The notes beneath the pieces were generated by a model. The model did no database searches and was not told the origin of the DNA. It saw nothing but the letters and a program-made list of their open reading frames with translations. Position numbers and translations under genes: made by a program. 64,000 nt of DNA, from assembly GCA_963765575.1 (NCBI GenBank), contig CAVXWZ010000005.1, positions 96,001 to 160,000 of the forward strand, given 5' to 3'. This DNA comes from an uncultured cyanobacterium (lineage in GTDB: Bacteria > Cyanobacteriota > Cyanobacteriia > PCC-6307 > Cyanobiaceae). Below are positions 54,754-64,000 of this stretch, piece by piece (the stretch's first letter is position 1; every line of letters starts with the position of its first letter).

Positions 54754-55854
54754 CCGATAGAAGGGCCGCTTCACCACCAGGGCCGGTTCGGCCTTGCCGC
54801 GGATCTCCACGGCCAGCTCGGTGCCGGGGCGGGCGGCATCCGTGGGCACGTAGGCCAGGGCGATCGCTTCGCCCAGGCTGGGCGACCAGGTGCCGCTGGT
54901 GACCTCCCCCACCGGCTCGCCATCCCGCAGCACCGGGTAGCCGTGGCGGGCAATGGCGCGGCCCTGCAGCTTCAGGCCCACCAGCCGGCGGCTCACGCCT
55001 GCGGCGCTCTGGTGCTCCAGCACGGCCCGGCCCACAAAGGGCTTGGGCATTTCCAGGTGCACCAGCCAGCCCAGCCCCGCCTCCAGGGGAGTGGTGTGGC
55101 TGTCCATCTCCTGGCCGTAGAGGTGCATGGCGGCCTCCAGGCGCAGGGTGTCGCGGGCGCCGAGGCCACAGGGGGTGACACCGCTCTCCAGCAGTTGCTG
55201 CCAGAGGGCGATGCCCGCGGCGCGGCTCAGCAGCAGCTCGAAACCGTCCTCGCCGGTGTAGCCGGTGCGGCCCACGAAGGCGGTGCAGCCGGCGAGGTTG
55301 AGCTCCCGGTGGCCGAAGCGGGGCAGGCTTTGCAGGCTGGTGCCGCTCAGGGCCTCCAGCCGCGCCTGGGCCTCCGGGCCCTGCAGGGCCAGCAGCACGC
55401 CGTCGCCCTTGCGGTCGGTGATGCTGATGCCCTGGGGTTCGAGCTGGCTGCGGATCCAGGCGGTGTCCTCAGCGGCGCAGGCGGCGTTGATCACCAGCAC
55501 CAACTCATCGCAGGTCTCAGCGGCGGCGTCAGCCTGGCGGCCCCGGTCGTAGACGATCAGGTCGTCGCGGATGCCGCCGGCCTCGTTGAGCAGCACCGTG
55601 TAGCAGGCCTCGCCGGGACCGATGCGGAACAGGTCGGTGGGCACCAGGCCCTGCAGGGCGTCCTTGGCGCCGTCACCGCGCAGGGTGAGCACGCCCATGT
55701 GGGAGATGTCGAACAGCCCGCAGTGCTGCCGCACCGCCTGGTGTTCGGCCACCAGACCCGAGAACTGCACGGGCATCTCCCAGCCGGCGAAGGGCACGAG
55801 CCGGCCCCCCGCGGCCTGGGCGGCCTCAAACAGGGGAGTGCGCAGGAGGGCCAC
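54745..55854 (-). CDS. gcvT: Glycine cleavage system aminomethyltransferase T
   Basis: FAGWEMP, FDISHMG, RTGYTGEDGFE, GLGARDTLRLEA. Confidence 0.97.
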   Translation of the reverse strand: MALLRTPLFEAAQAAGGRLVPFAGWEMPVQFSGLVAEHQAVRQHCGLFDISHMGVLTLRGDGAKDALQGLVPTDLFRIGPGEACYTVLLNEAGGIRDDLIVYDRGRQADAAAETCDELVLVINAACAAEDTAWIRSQLEPQGISITDRKGDGVLLALQGPEAQARLEALSGTSLQSLPRFGHRELNLAGCTAFVGRTGYTGEDGFELLLSRAAGIALWQQLLESGVTPCGLGARDTLRLEAAMHLYGQEMDSHTTPLEAGLGWLVHLEMPKPFVGRAVLEHQSAAGVSRRLVGLKLQGRAIARHGYPVLRDGEPVGEVTSGTWSPSLGEAIALAYVPTDAARPGTELAVEIRGKAEPALVVKRPFYRRA

Positions 55855-56039
55855 GGTGCCGGAAGGCGGTTGGGCCGAGGTTATTGGAGCTGCTGGGCCG
55901 GAGTCTGCCGGCGCTGGATGACGGGAAAACGGGTCTGGAGCGAAAACAATTGGAAGAAAGGGGTGAGCACGGCAGCAGACCCCTGTCAAGACCCCTATGG
56001 TTTGCGGCCTGGGTCACACCGTCCGGTTCCAGCCCTCCG

Positions 56040-56294
56040 ATGCCCCACCGCCCCACTTGCCGCAGCTGCACCCATTGCGCCGTCCCCCAGGGCAGCGGTG
56101 GCGGGTGGTGCCGGCTGCGGCAGTTGGCGATCCACGCCGAGATCGCCGGTGAGCTGTGGTGCCACCACTGGACCGCGCGCTCCCCGCGGCTTCCCGCCAC
56201 CCAGTCCGCCGGTGGCGCTTCGGGTGGTTCAGAGGCTCCGGGCCGCTGCCGCCAGCTGAGCCTGGAGATGGTGCTGCCCCAGCTTCAGGACTAA
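56040..56294 (+). CDS. Small Cys/His/Trp-rich hypothetical protein
   Basis: MPHRPTCRSCTHC...GWCRLR...WCHHW. Confidence 0.7.
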   Translation: MPHRPTCRSCTHCAVPQGSGGGWCRLRQLAIHAEIAGELWCHHWTARSPRLPATQSAGGASGGSEAPGRCRQLSLEMVLPQLQD

Positions 56295-56431
56295 ATCGGG
56301 GGCCCGAGTCTGCCGTCGCCAGCCGTGCTCATGATTGGGCAGAGCGGCTGGTTGTTCCTAACATTCGGCACAGCCCATTCGCCGCCGCCCGACTTGCTCA
56401 TCACCCCTGTGCTCAATGCCGCCGTCGATCT

Positions 56432-56792
56432 GATGGCCATACAGGTGGAGACTGAGCGCCTCACCCTGCCCACCGGTGCCTGCGTTTTCGAGCAGGGCAT
56501 GGGTGCCGACTCCATCTATGGCATCCGAAGGGGCATCGTCGAACTGATCGGCACTGAGGGCGAGAAGCTCAGCTACCGCCCCGGCGAGCTGTTCTGCTAC
56601 CAAGACATTGTCTGGGGCCTGGGCCAGCACCGCAGCACCGCCATCGCCCGCACGCCGATTGAGATTGTGCGGTTGGAGCGGCTCTGCTTTCTCAACCTGC
56701 TGCACAACCACCCCACCCTGGCCGTGCTGTTGATCGGCCAGCAGCACGAGCGCCTGCGGGAGCAGCGCACCAGCGGCACCTGTTGCTACTGA
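56432..56792 (+). CDS. Stand-alone cyclic nucleotide-binding (Crp-like effector) domain protein
   Basis: VFEQG...IYGIRRGIVEL...PGELF...RSTAIA; no HTH; start approximate. Confidence 0.8.
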
Positions 56793-57661
56793 GCTCCCAG
56801 CAACAGCAGCAGGCTGCGCGCCACCTTGGCGGCCAGCACACTGCTCACCCCGCTGGGGTCGAGCTGGGGGGCCAGTTCCACCACGTCGGCAGCCACCAGG
56901 TTGTGGTGGCGCAGCTCCTTCACCAGGGCGGCGAAATCGCGCCAGTGGAAGCCGCCCGGTTCGGGGGTGCCGGTGCCGGGCATCACCGCCGGATCAAACC
57001 AGTCCAGATCCACGGTGAGATAGAGGGGCTGGCCGCGCAGGGGACGCAGGGCTTCCGCCAGGCGCTCGATCGCCACCAGCCGGCCGCTCTGGCGCAACTC
57101 GCCAAACTCGTCGCGGCTGCCGCTGCGGATGGCGATCTGCAGCAGCCGGCCGCTGGGCAGCACCTCCAGGCAGCGGCGCATGGCGCAGGCATGGCTGTGG
57201 TGGGCGCCGAGCCACTCCTGGCGCAGGTCGGCGTGGGCGTCGAGCTGCACCAGCACCAGATCGGGGTGCCGCTGGGCCACCGCCGCCACGGCGCCGGAGC
57301 TGATCGAGTGCTCGCCACCCAGCATCAGGGGCTTCAACCCCAGGGCCAGCACGGCCTCCGTAGCCCGGCGCACGGCCGCCACCACGGGCTCCGGGGCGCC
57401 GAAGGGAATCGCCACAGCGCCCAGATCGGCGAAGGCCAGATCTTCCAGGTCCAGATCCAGCTGGGGGCAATAGGTTTCCAGGCCGCTGCTCACCTCGCGG
57501 ATCGCCGCCGGCCCGAAGCGGGTGCCGGGGCGAAAGGAGGTGGTGCCGTCGTAGGGCACTCCGAACAGGCCCACCCGGCAACCGGCCGGATCGCGGCGGC
57601 TGGCCATGTAAATGGCGCCGTCGGTGTCGAAGCGATCGGGGCTGGGATGGTGCTCGCTCAT
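56786..57661 (-). CDS. speB: Agmatinase
   Basis: GGEHS, DAHADL, SHAC, DLDWFDP, DVVEL. Confidence 0.93.
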   Translation of the reverse strand: MSEHHPSPDRFDTDGAIYMASRRDPAGCRVGLFGVPYDGTTSFRPGTRFGPAAIREVSSGLETYCPQLDLDLEDLAFADLGAVAIPFGAPEPVVAAVRRATEAVLALGLKPLMLGGEHSISSGAVAAVAQRHPDLVLVQLDAHADLRQEWLGAHHSHACAMRRCLEVLPSGRLLQIAIRSGSRDEFGELRQSGRLVAIERLAEALRPLRGQPLYLTVDLDWFDPAVMPGTGTPEPGGFHWRDFAALVKELRHHNLVAADVVELAPQLDPSGVSSVLAAKVARSLLLLLGAQ

Positions 57662-57685
57662 CAAGCCAGTCTCCGCCCGGGACCC

Positions 57686-59077
<1,392 letters not shown>

Positions 59078-59097
59078 ATGGTTCCCCACGTAGTCCC

Positions 59098-59427
59098 ATG
59101 ACCCGTCGCTTGCACCTGGCCCTCGGCGTTCACGACATCGCCGCAGCGGTGGACGACTACTGCAGGCGGCTGGGCTGTCCGCCCGAGGTGCACGTGATCG
59201 GGGAGTACGCCCTCTGGCGCACCCCGGCCCTGAATCTCTCCATTCGCCGCTGCGAGCCGGAGCTGGCTGGTCGGCTGCGCCACCTCGGCTGGGAGGACCC
59301 GGCCGCCGAGTCCTTCTCCCAGGACGTGGATGCCAACGGCATTGTCTGGGAGCGGTTCAGTGCCGAGCAGCAACGCCAGGAGATCAGGGAGCTCTGGCCT
59401 GAGGCCCTTCCCGATCAGGAAGGCTGA
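59098..59427 (+). CDS. VOC/glyoxalase-like protein
   Basis: RLHLALGVHDIAAAVDDY, LRHLGW, DANGIVWE. Confidence 0.75.
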   Translation: MTRRLHLALGVHDIAAAVDDYCRRLGCPPEVHVIGEYALWRTPALNLSIRRCEPELAGRLRHLGWEDPAAESFSQDVDANGIVWERFSAEQQRQEIRELWPEALPDQEG

Positions 59428-60287
59428 GGGCCCTGGTGAGGCCCCTGGCCGGCTTTGGCTTCCGCCTCGGCGCGGATCGCGGTCTTGGCCTGCCGCCACA
59501 GAGCCTCCAGTTCAACGATGTTGCGGCCGCCGAGATCACCGCCCAGGGCGGCTTCGACGCGGGAGAAGCGATCCAGAAAGCGCTGGTTGGTGCCGGCTAG
59601 GCCGGCTTCCGGATCGAGCTCGCACCAGCGGGCCACGTTCACCAGGGTGAACAGCACATCGCCGAGCTCCTCCTGGGCGTGGGACCGGTCGCCGCTGGCC
59701 ACGGCCTCCTGGAGCTCGCCCAGCTCCTCCTGCACCTTCTCCCACACCCCGCCCAGGTCGTCCCACTCGAAGCCGGCGGCGGCGGCCTTTTTGGAGATGG
59801 CCATGGCGCCGGCCAGGGCGGGTTGGCCGCGCACCTTGCTGGCAAGGCGATCGCTGAGTGGGCTTGCCGTTGCGCTGGCCTGGGCTGCTGCCCTGGCGCT
59901 GGCCTCCTCGGCCTTGATCGCCTCCCAGCTGGCGCGCACGGCGGCGCTGTCGCTCGCCTCGGCGCCGGCGAACACGTGGGGATGGCGGCGGATCAGCTTG
60001 GCGCTGAGGCCCCGGGCAATCACCCCCAGATCGAAGCGGCTGGCCTCGCTGGCGATCTGGGCGTGCAGCACCACCTGCAGCAGCAGGTCGCCCAGTTCTT
60101 CGCTGAGGTGGGTGTCATCGCCGTGGCGGATGGCATCGGCCACCTCATGGGCCTCCTCCAGCACGTAGGGCACCAGGGAGGCGTGGGTCTGCTCGAGGTC
60201 CCAGGGGCAGCCGCTGGCGGGATCGCGCAGCCGCGCCACCACGGCGATCAGCTCGGCCAGGGCGCGCAGGGTGGGATCGGCGCTCAT
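59415..60287 (-). CDS. mazG: Nucleoside triphosphate pyrophosphohydrolase
   Basis: GCPWDLEQT, EELGDLLLQV, KLIRRHPHVF, second EELGD. Confidence 0.95.
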   Translation of the reverse strand: MSADPTLRALAELIAVVARLRDPASGCPWDLEQTHASLVPYVLEEAHEVADAIRHGDDTHLSEELGDLLLQVVLHAQIASEASRFDLGVIARGLSAKLIRRHPHVFAGAEASDSAAVRASWEAIKAEEASARAAAQASATASPLSDRLASKVRGQPALAGAMAISKKAAAAGFEWDDLGGVWEKVQEELGELQEAVASGDRSHAQEELGDVLFTLVNVARWCELDPEAGLAGTNQRFLDRFSRVEAALGGDLGGRNIVELEALWRQAKTAIRAEAEAKAGQGPHQGPQPS

Positions 60288-60808
60288 CGGCCGGGGCCTC
60301 GGGGGCGGAACTGGGAGCGGCGACGCCGCAGCAACCTGGGCAGCCGCGGCATCGGGTCGCCATCCTGGATCAGGTGCAGCCAGCTGCTGGCCTCCAGCCC
60401 CACCAGCGCACTCAGCACCAGCGGGCGCTGCTCGCGCCACAGGTGCCCGGCCCAGCCCAGCAGCTCCTGGGGCGGTGGCCCCCCGAAGGGAGACAGCAAC
60501 GCCGCCAGGCCCAGGGCCAGCAGCGCCAGGTAGGCCAGGCGTCCAGCCGTGCCCAGCAGCGGACTGTGGGAGAGCAGTGAGCGGTGCGCCAGCCCCTTGC
60601 GGTAGGGCCACCAGAGCAGCCGCAGCGGGCCCCAGCGACGGGTGGCGTTGGAGCGGGTGTCGAGGTCGGGGGAGAGCAGCAGGCCGCCCACCAGAAAGCT
60701 GAGCCCGGCGCTGCCCATCCCCGCCAGGCCCAGACCCGGCGCCCACAGCAGCGCGAAGGGCAGGGCCAGCAGCCAGGTGGCGCGGTCGTGGCTGCGGCCG
60801 CTCGCCAC
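60284..60808 (-). CDS. Metal-binding membrane protein (DUF2227-like)
   Basis: SGRSHD, LSPDLD, HRSLLSH. Confidence 0.85.
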   Translation of the reverse strand: MASGRSHDRATWLLALPFALLWAPGLGLAGMGSAGLSFLVGGLLLSPDLDTRSNATRRWGPLRLLWWPYRKGLAHRSLLSHSPLLGTAGRLAYLALLALGLAALLSPFGGPPPQELLGWAGHLWREQRPLVLSALVGLEASSWLHLIQDGDPMPRLPRLLRRRRSQFRPRGPGR

Positions 60809-60811
60809 CGC

Positions 60812-61720
60812 TCAGCCCCGCCGGGTGGCCGCTGCCAGGGCCCGGGGAGCCGGTGGGGGCAGCTGGCGCAGCCGCTCGCCGCTGCCATCGCCGGCCCGCC
60901 AGCGGCGCTGAATCCAGTAGGACTGCTCGGCGTAGGCCTGGATCCAGGGCTCCTGCCAGCGGGCCAGGGCCAGGGCCTGGGCCGTCAGGCCCGCCTCAGC
61001 TGGCTGGGGTGGCAGGGGCGGGCCGCAGATCAGCCGGAAGCGGCCATCGTCCTCGCGCACGTGGGCCACGGGAAACAGCACCGCCCCGGTTTTCTGCGAC
61101 AGCGCCAGGGGTGTGCGCAGCACCCGCGTGCTCAGGCCCAGCACGTCCACCGGCAGCGGGTTGCGCTGACCGTAGAGATCGGTCATCACCACCAGCGCCC
61201 CACCCCCGTGGAGCCACTCCAGCATCGAGCGGGCATCGAACTGGGAGATCCAGTGGCAATCGCTGTTGGCACTGCGGGCGGCGTTCAGCAGCCGGTCGGC
61301 TTCGGGGTTGTGGGCCGGCCGGTAGATCACCGCCAGCTCGCCCAGGTGCTCGCTCAGCCAGCGCAGGCCCAGGTCCCAGCAGCCCAGGTGCAGGGAGGCG
61401 ATGATCACGCCCTGATCGCGGCGGCGCGGCGCCAGCAGTTGGGCCAGTCCCTCGCCTTCGGCCTGGATCCGTTCCGCTGCCACCGGCTCGATGATCGATT
61501 CCAGGCAGGAGAGCAGAAAGCCCTCCAGCGACCGCTCTGCCAGCCGCCGCCGCTGCAGCGGCGTGAGCCCATCGCCGTACACGCGCTTGATGTTGGCGCG
61601 GGCGGTCGCCAGCTGGCGGTTCAGCAGCGGCCGGCCCCATTGGACCACCCGGCGGATGCCGCGGCGGATGGTGGCGTGACGGCGGCCGTGGAGCAGCTGC
61701 AGCAGCAGCTTCAGAAGCAT
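60812..61720 (-). CDS. Lipid A lauroyl/lysophospholipid acyltransferase family
   Basis: HLGCWD (Hx4D/E), IYRP..NP, WIQRRW; start uncertain (61720 or up to 61828). Confidence 0.8.
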   Translation of the reverse strand: MLLKLLLQLLHGRRHATIRRGIRRVVQWGRPLLNRQLATARANIKRVYGDGLTPLQRRRLAERSLEGFLLSCLESIIEPVAAERIQAEGEGLAQLLAPRRRDQGVIIASLHLGCWDLGLRWLSEHLGELAVIYRPAHNPEADRLLNAARSANSDCHWISQFDARSMLEWLHGGGALVVMTDLYGQRNPLPVDVLGLSTRVLRTPLALSQKTGAVLFPVAHVREDDGRFRLICGPPLPPQPAEAGLTAQALALARWQEPWIQAYAEQSYWIQRRWRAGDGSGERLRQLPPPAPRALAAATRRG

Positions 61721-61828
61721 GGCCTCGGCCTGCCAGCGCAGCCGCTGCCAGCGTGAGGCCTGGGTCCAACGGCGCCGCCGGCGTGGCGTGCGGGAGCGTG
61801 GGATGGGCTGGGTTAGCGTCTCGATCAC

Positions 61829-61900
<72 letters not shown>

Positions 61901-62152
61901 TCCTGGTTGATCGCGCGGTTTGCGCTGAGGCATCGCCAGGCTTCGGGCCTGAGCCATCCAGCTTGGCATCGCCGGGTTGGCCGGCTGGCGCGACCCTCCA
62001 CCGCCATCTCCTCAGCCATGTTTGATCCCGTGTCCGCTGCTGTTGCGTTGCTGCCAGTTCGGTTTGAGGTGCCAGTATCTATGGCCAGCCTGTTTCAGAG
62101 GGCGAGTGTGTCTCGAACAGGCAATCTGAATCAACCCGTGGACTGACGAGCG

Positions 62153-62665
62153 ATGGCCATTGCTGTTGATAAAATTACGGACAAGCGCTGGGCCCGAAAG
62201 CTGTGGAAGTTTTCGGGAAAGGATGGGGTTGTTGACTATTGGATCAATGATACGGGTCGATTTGACATGCTCGAGATATCCCGCAAGGAGTCTCGTTTTG
62301 TGCGCAAGACCCTTGATCGCCTCGACACCATCACAGGGCTGCGATTCAAGGAGCGGTCGGGCCCCCGAAGAACCGATCTCGACATCCACAGTGCCGAGAA
62401 CCTGCGCTCCAATGTCGTGGGGTCTGCATCGTTAAGAAATGGCTGGTTTGATGTGCTCTGGAAGGATCGGGGCGGCCGGGATCTGACCCGGCGAGAAAAG
62501 TCCACCATTCGCCACGAGCTGGCCCATGTGCTGGGGCTCGATCATCCCGATGGCAATGGATTCAACCGCCGCTATGACTCCAGAGACACCATCATGTCCT
62601 ACAACAAAGATGGTTTCTCCAATTACACGGCTTCAGACATCAAGGCGCTTCAGGCCCTCTGGTAA
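62153..62665 (+). CDS. Metzincin zinc metallopeptidase (matrixin/M10-like)
   Basis: HELAHVLGLDH (HExxHxxGxxH) and Met-turn TIMSY. Confidence 0.88.
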   Translation: MAIAVDKITDKRWARKLWKFSGKDGVVDYWINDTGRFDMLEISRKESRFVRKTLDRLDTITGLRFKERSGPRRTDLDIHSAENLRSNVVGSASLRNGWFDVLWKDRGGRDLTRREKSTIRHELAHVLGLDHPDGNGFNRRYDSRDTIMSYNKDGFSNYTASDIKALQALW

Positions 62666-62704
62666 CGCCGGAGCCATCAGCCGTTGGCCGTCGGCCACAA
62701 GCCA

Positions 62705-63511
62705 TCACCAGCCCAGCAGCTCCTCCAGGCCGCGGATATCGCTGAGCAGCCCCGCACCCGGCGGTAGCAGGGCCTGATCGCTGGGGCGGTACTTGCCGGT
62801 CTGCACCAGTGCCGCCTGCAGGCCGCAGGCCATGGCCCCGGCCACGTCGGCCTCCACGTCGTCGCCCACCATCAGGCAGCGCTCGGGGGGCAGCCCCAGC
62901 GATTGCACCAGCTCCCGGTAGAAGGCAGGCGCAGGCTTGCCCATCACGGTGGCGCTGCAGCCGGCGCCGTATTCCAGTGCCCGGATGAAGGCGCCGGCAT
63001 CGAGCAGCCAGCGGCCGCCCTCGCGGAAGCGGCGGTTCATGCCGATGCCGATCAGGGGCGCCCCTTCCAGCAGCAGCTCCAGGGCCCGGGAAAGGTTGGC
63101 GTAGGAGAGCTGGTCGCGGGCATCCCCGATCAGCACGCAGTCGGGGCGGTTGCCGGCGAGGGGGGCGTAGAGGGGCGCGATCGCCTCATGCACGAGGCAG
63201 AAGGGCTGCCGCTGCTGGCGCTGCAGCCAGCCCAGGGCCGCCAGCGGGGCGGTGAACAGTTCACCGGCCTCCACCGCGAAGCCCATGGCCTGGAGTTCGC
63301 GCTGCAGCGTGTCGTGGTGGCGGGTGGCAGTGTTGGTCACGTAGCGCACGGCCAGCCCGCGCCGGCGCGCCTCGGCCACCGTGGCCACTGCCCCGCCCAC
63401 CACGCCGCCCTCGTCGTAGAGCACGCCGTTGAGGTCGAGCAGCAGGGCCGCGGGCACCGTCGCCTTGCTGTCCACGCCGGCGCCAGTCCCGGCGGCGATC
63501 CCAGCGCCCAT
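62705..63511 (-). CDS. HAD-IIA hydrolase (LHPP/HDHD2-like)
   Basis: LLDLNGVL, VTNT, GKPAP, MVGDDVEADVAGA, QTGKYR. Confidence 0.9.
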   Translation of the reverse strand: MGAGIAAGTGAGVDSKATVPAALLLDLNGVLYDEGGVVGGAVATVAEARRRGLAVRYVTNTATRHHDTLQRELQAMGFAVEAGELFTAPLAALGWLQRQQRQPFCLVHEAIAPLYAPLAGNRPDCVLIGDARDQLSYANLSRALELLLEGAPLIGIGMNRRFREGGRWLLDAGAFIRALEYGAGCSATVMGKPAPAFYRELVQSLGLPPERCLMVGDDVEADVAGAMACGLQAALVQTGKYRPSDQALLPPGAGLLSDIRGLEELLGW

Positions 63512-63669
63512 CGGCTGTCACCTTCTGCGTGGCTGGCCCCAGCCTGGCGGGGCTGGGCGGTGAAGGTTGTGATGCTGTTGTCGACCGCTGATTTGCCGCA
63601 TCGATGCCGCCGGCCGGGTGGCGATTGCCGAGGCAATCGCTAGGCTCAAGTTGGCAACATTTGGATGCC

Positions 63670-64000
63670 ATGTCCCACCCCACCGCTGCCAGTGTCGGCG
63701 GCTGCCCCTGGGAGCTTGTGGAGCATGCCCTGCAGCGGGAACAGGAGCACCGGCAGGCGCCGTTGTTCGGCAGCTGGCGTCAGGTGGACGCCATCCGCAA
63801 CGGCACGGACGCCCAGGGCAACACCTTCATCGAATGGGTGGTGTTGGAGGTCGACCTGCTGGGTCTGGAGCGCCAACGGCGCCACATCGCCTATCGGGTG
63901 GCGTGCCCCGAATGCGGCCAGCCGATGGCCTCCGGTCCGCGCCGCTGCCGCCACTGCGACAGCCGCCAGGACCAGGCCGCCCGCCAGCGGCATCCGCGCT
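63670..64000 (+). CDS. Hypothetical protein with zinc-ribbon motif; runs off window end
   Basis: Manual translation MSHPTAASVGGCPWELVEHALQRE...FIEWVVLEVD...CPECGQPMASGPRRCRHC; open to the window end. Confidence 0.65.
   Translation, partial: MSHPTAASVGGCPWELVEHALQREQEHRQAPLFGSWRQVDAIRNGTDAQGNTFIEWVVLEVDLLGLERQRRHIAYRVACPECGQPMASGPRRCRHCDSRQDQAARQRHPR

Noticed and set aside
55855..56040. Glycine riboswitch upstream of gcvT
   Set aside because: No recognisable aptamer motifs; the region looks like an ordinary divergent promoter.

Overview
High-GC picocyanobacterial chromosome segment (Cyanobium/Synechococcus-like: psbQ, group 2 sigma factor, NtcA boxes). It carries housekeeping genes (purU, acnB, DAHP synthase, ppk1, pyrG, aspS, gcvT, queCE, pabBC, speEB, mazG, arfB, tRNA-Val) around a ~25 kb nitrogen region (cnaT-like, cynS, focA, nirA, siroheme genes, a cupin, a CP-ATP-grasp/alpha-E/transglutaminase operon, ureABCDEFG, urtABCDE), with six NtcA-type boxes. 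The most striking unannotated feature is a ~520 bp stretch (16925-17447) containing stitched fragments of five molybdenum-cofactor genes (moaC, moeA, moaE, moaD, moaB) in their expected order and orientation. It looks like the scar of a lost nitrate-reduction cluster and is followed by an intact thioredoxin-CcdA-like gene and a similarly collapsed dmeF remnant. Other highlights: a ClC protein missing its H+-coupling residues, a PPIase/type I secretion cassette between pyrG and queE, and three +1 frameshifts (aspS, speE, HEAT-CbiX) that are probably sequencing errors. All homology calls are from motif recognition by eye; no searches were run.
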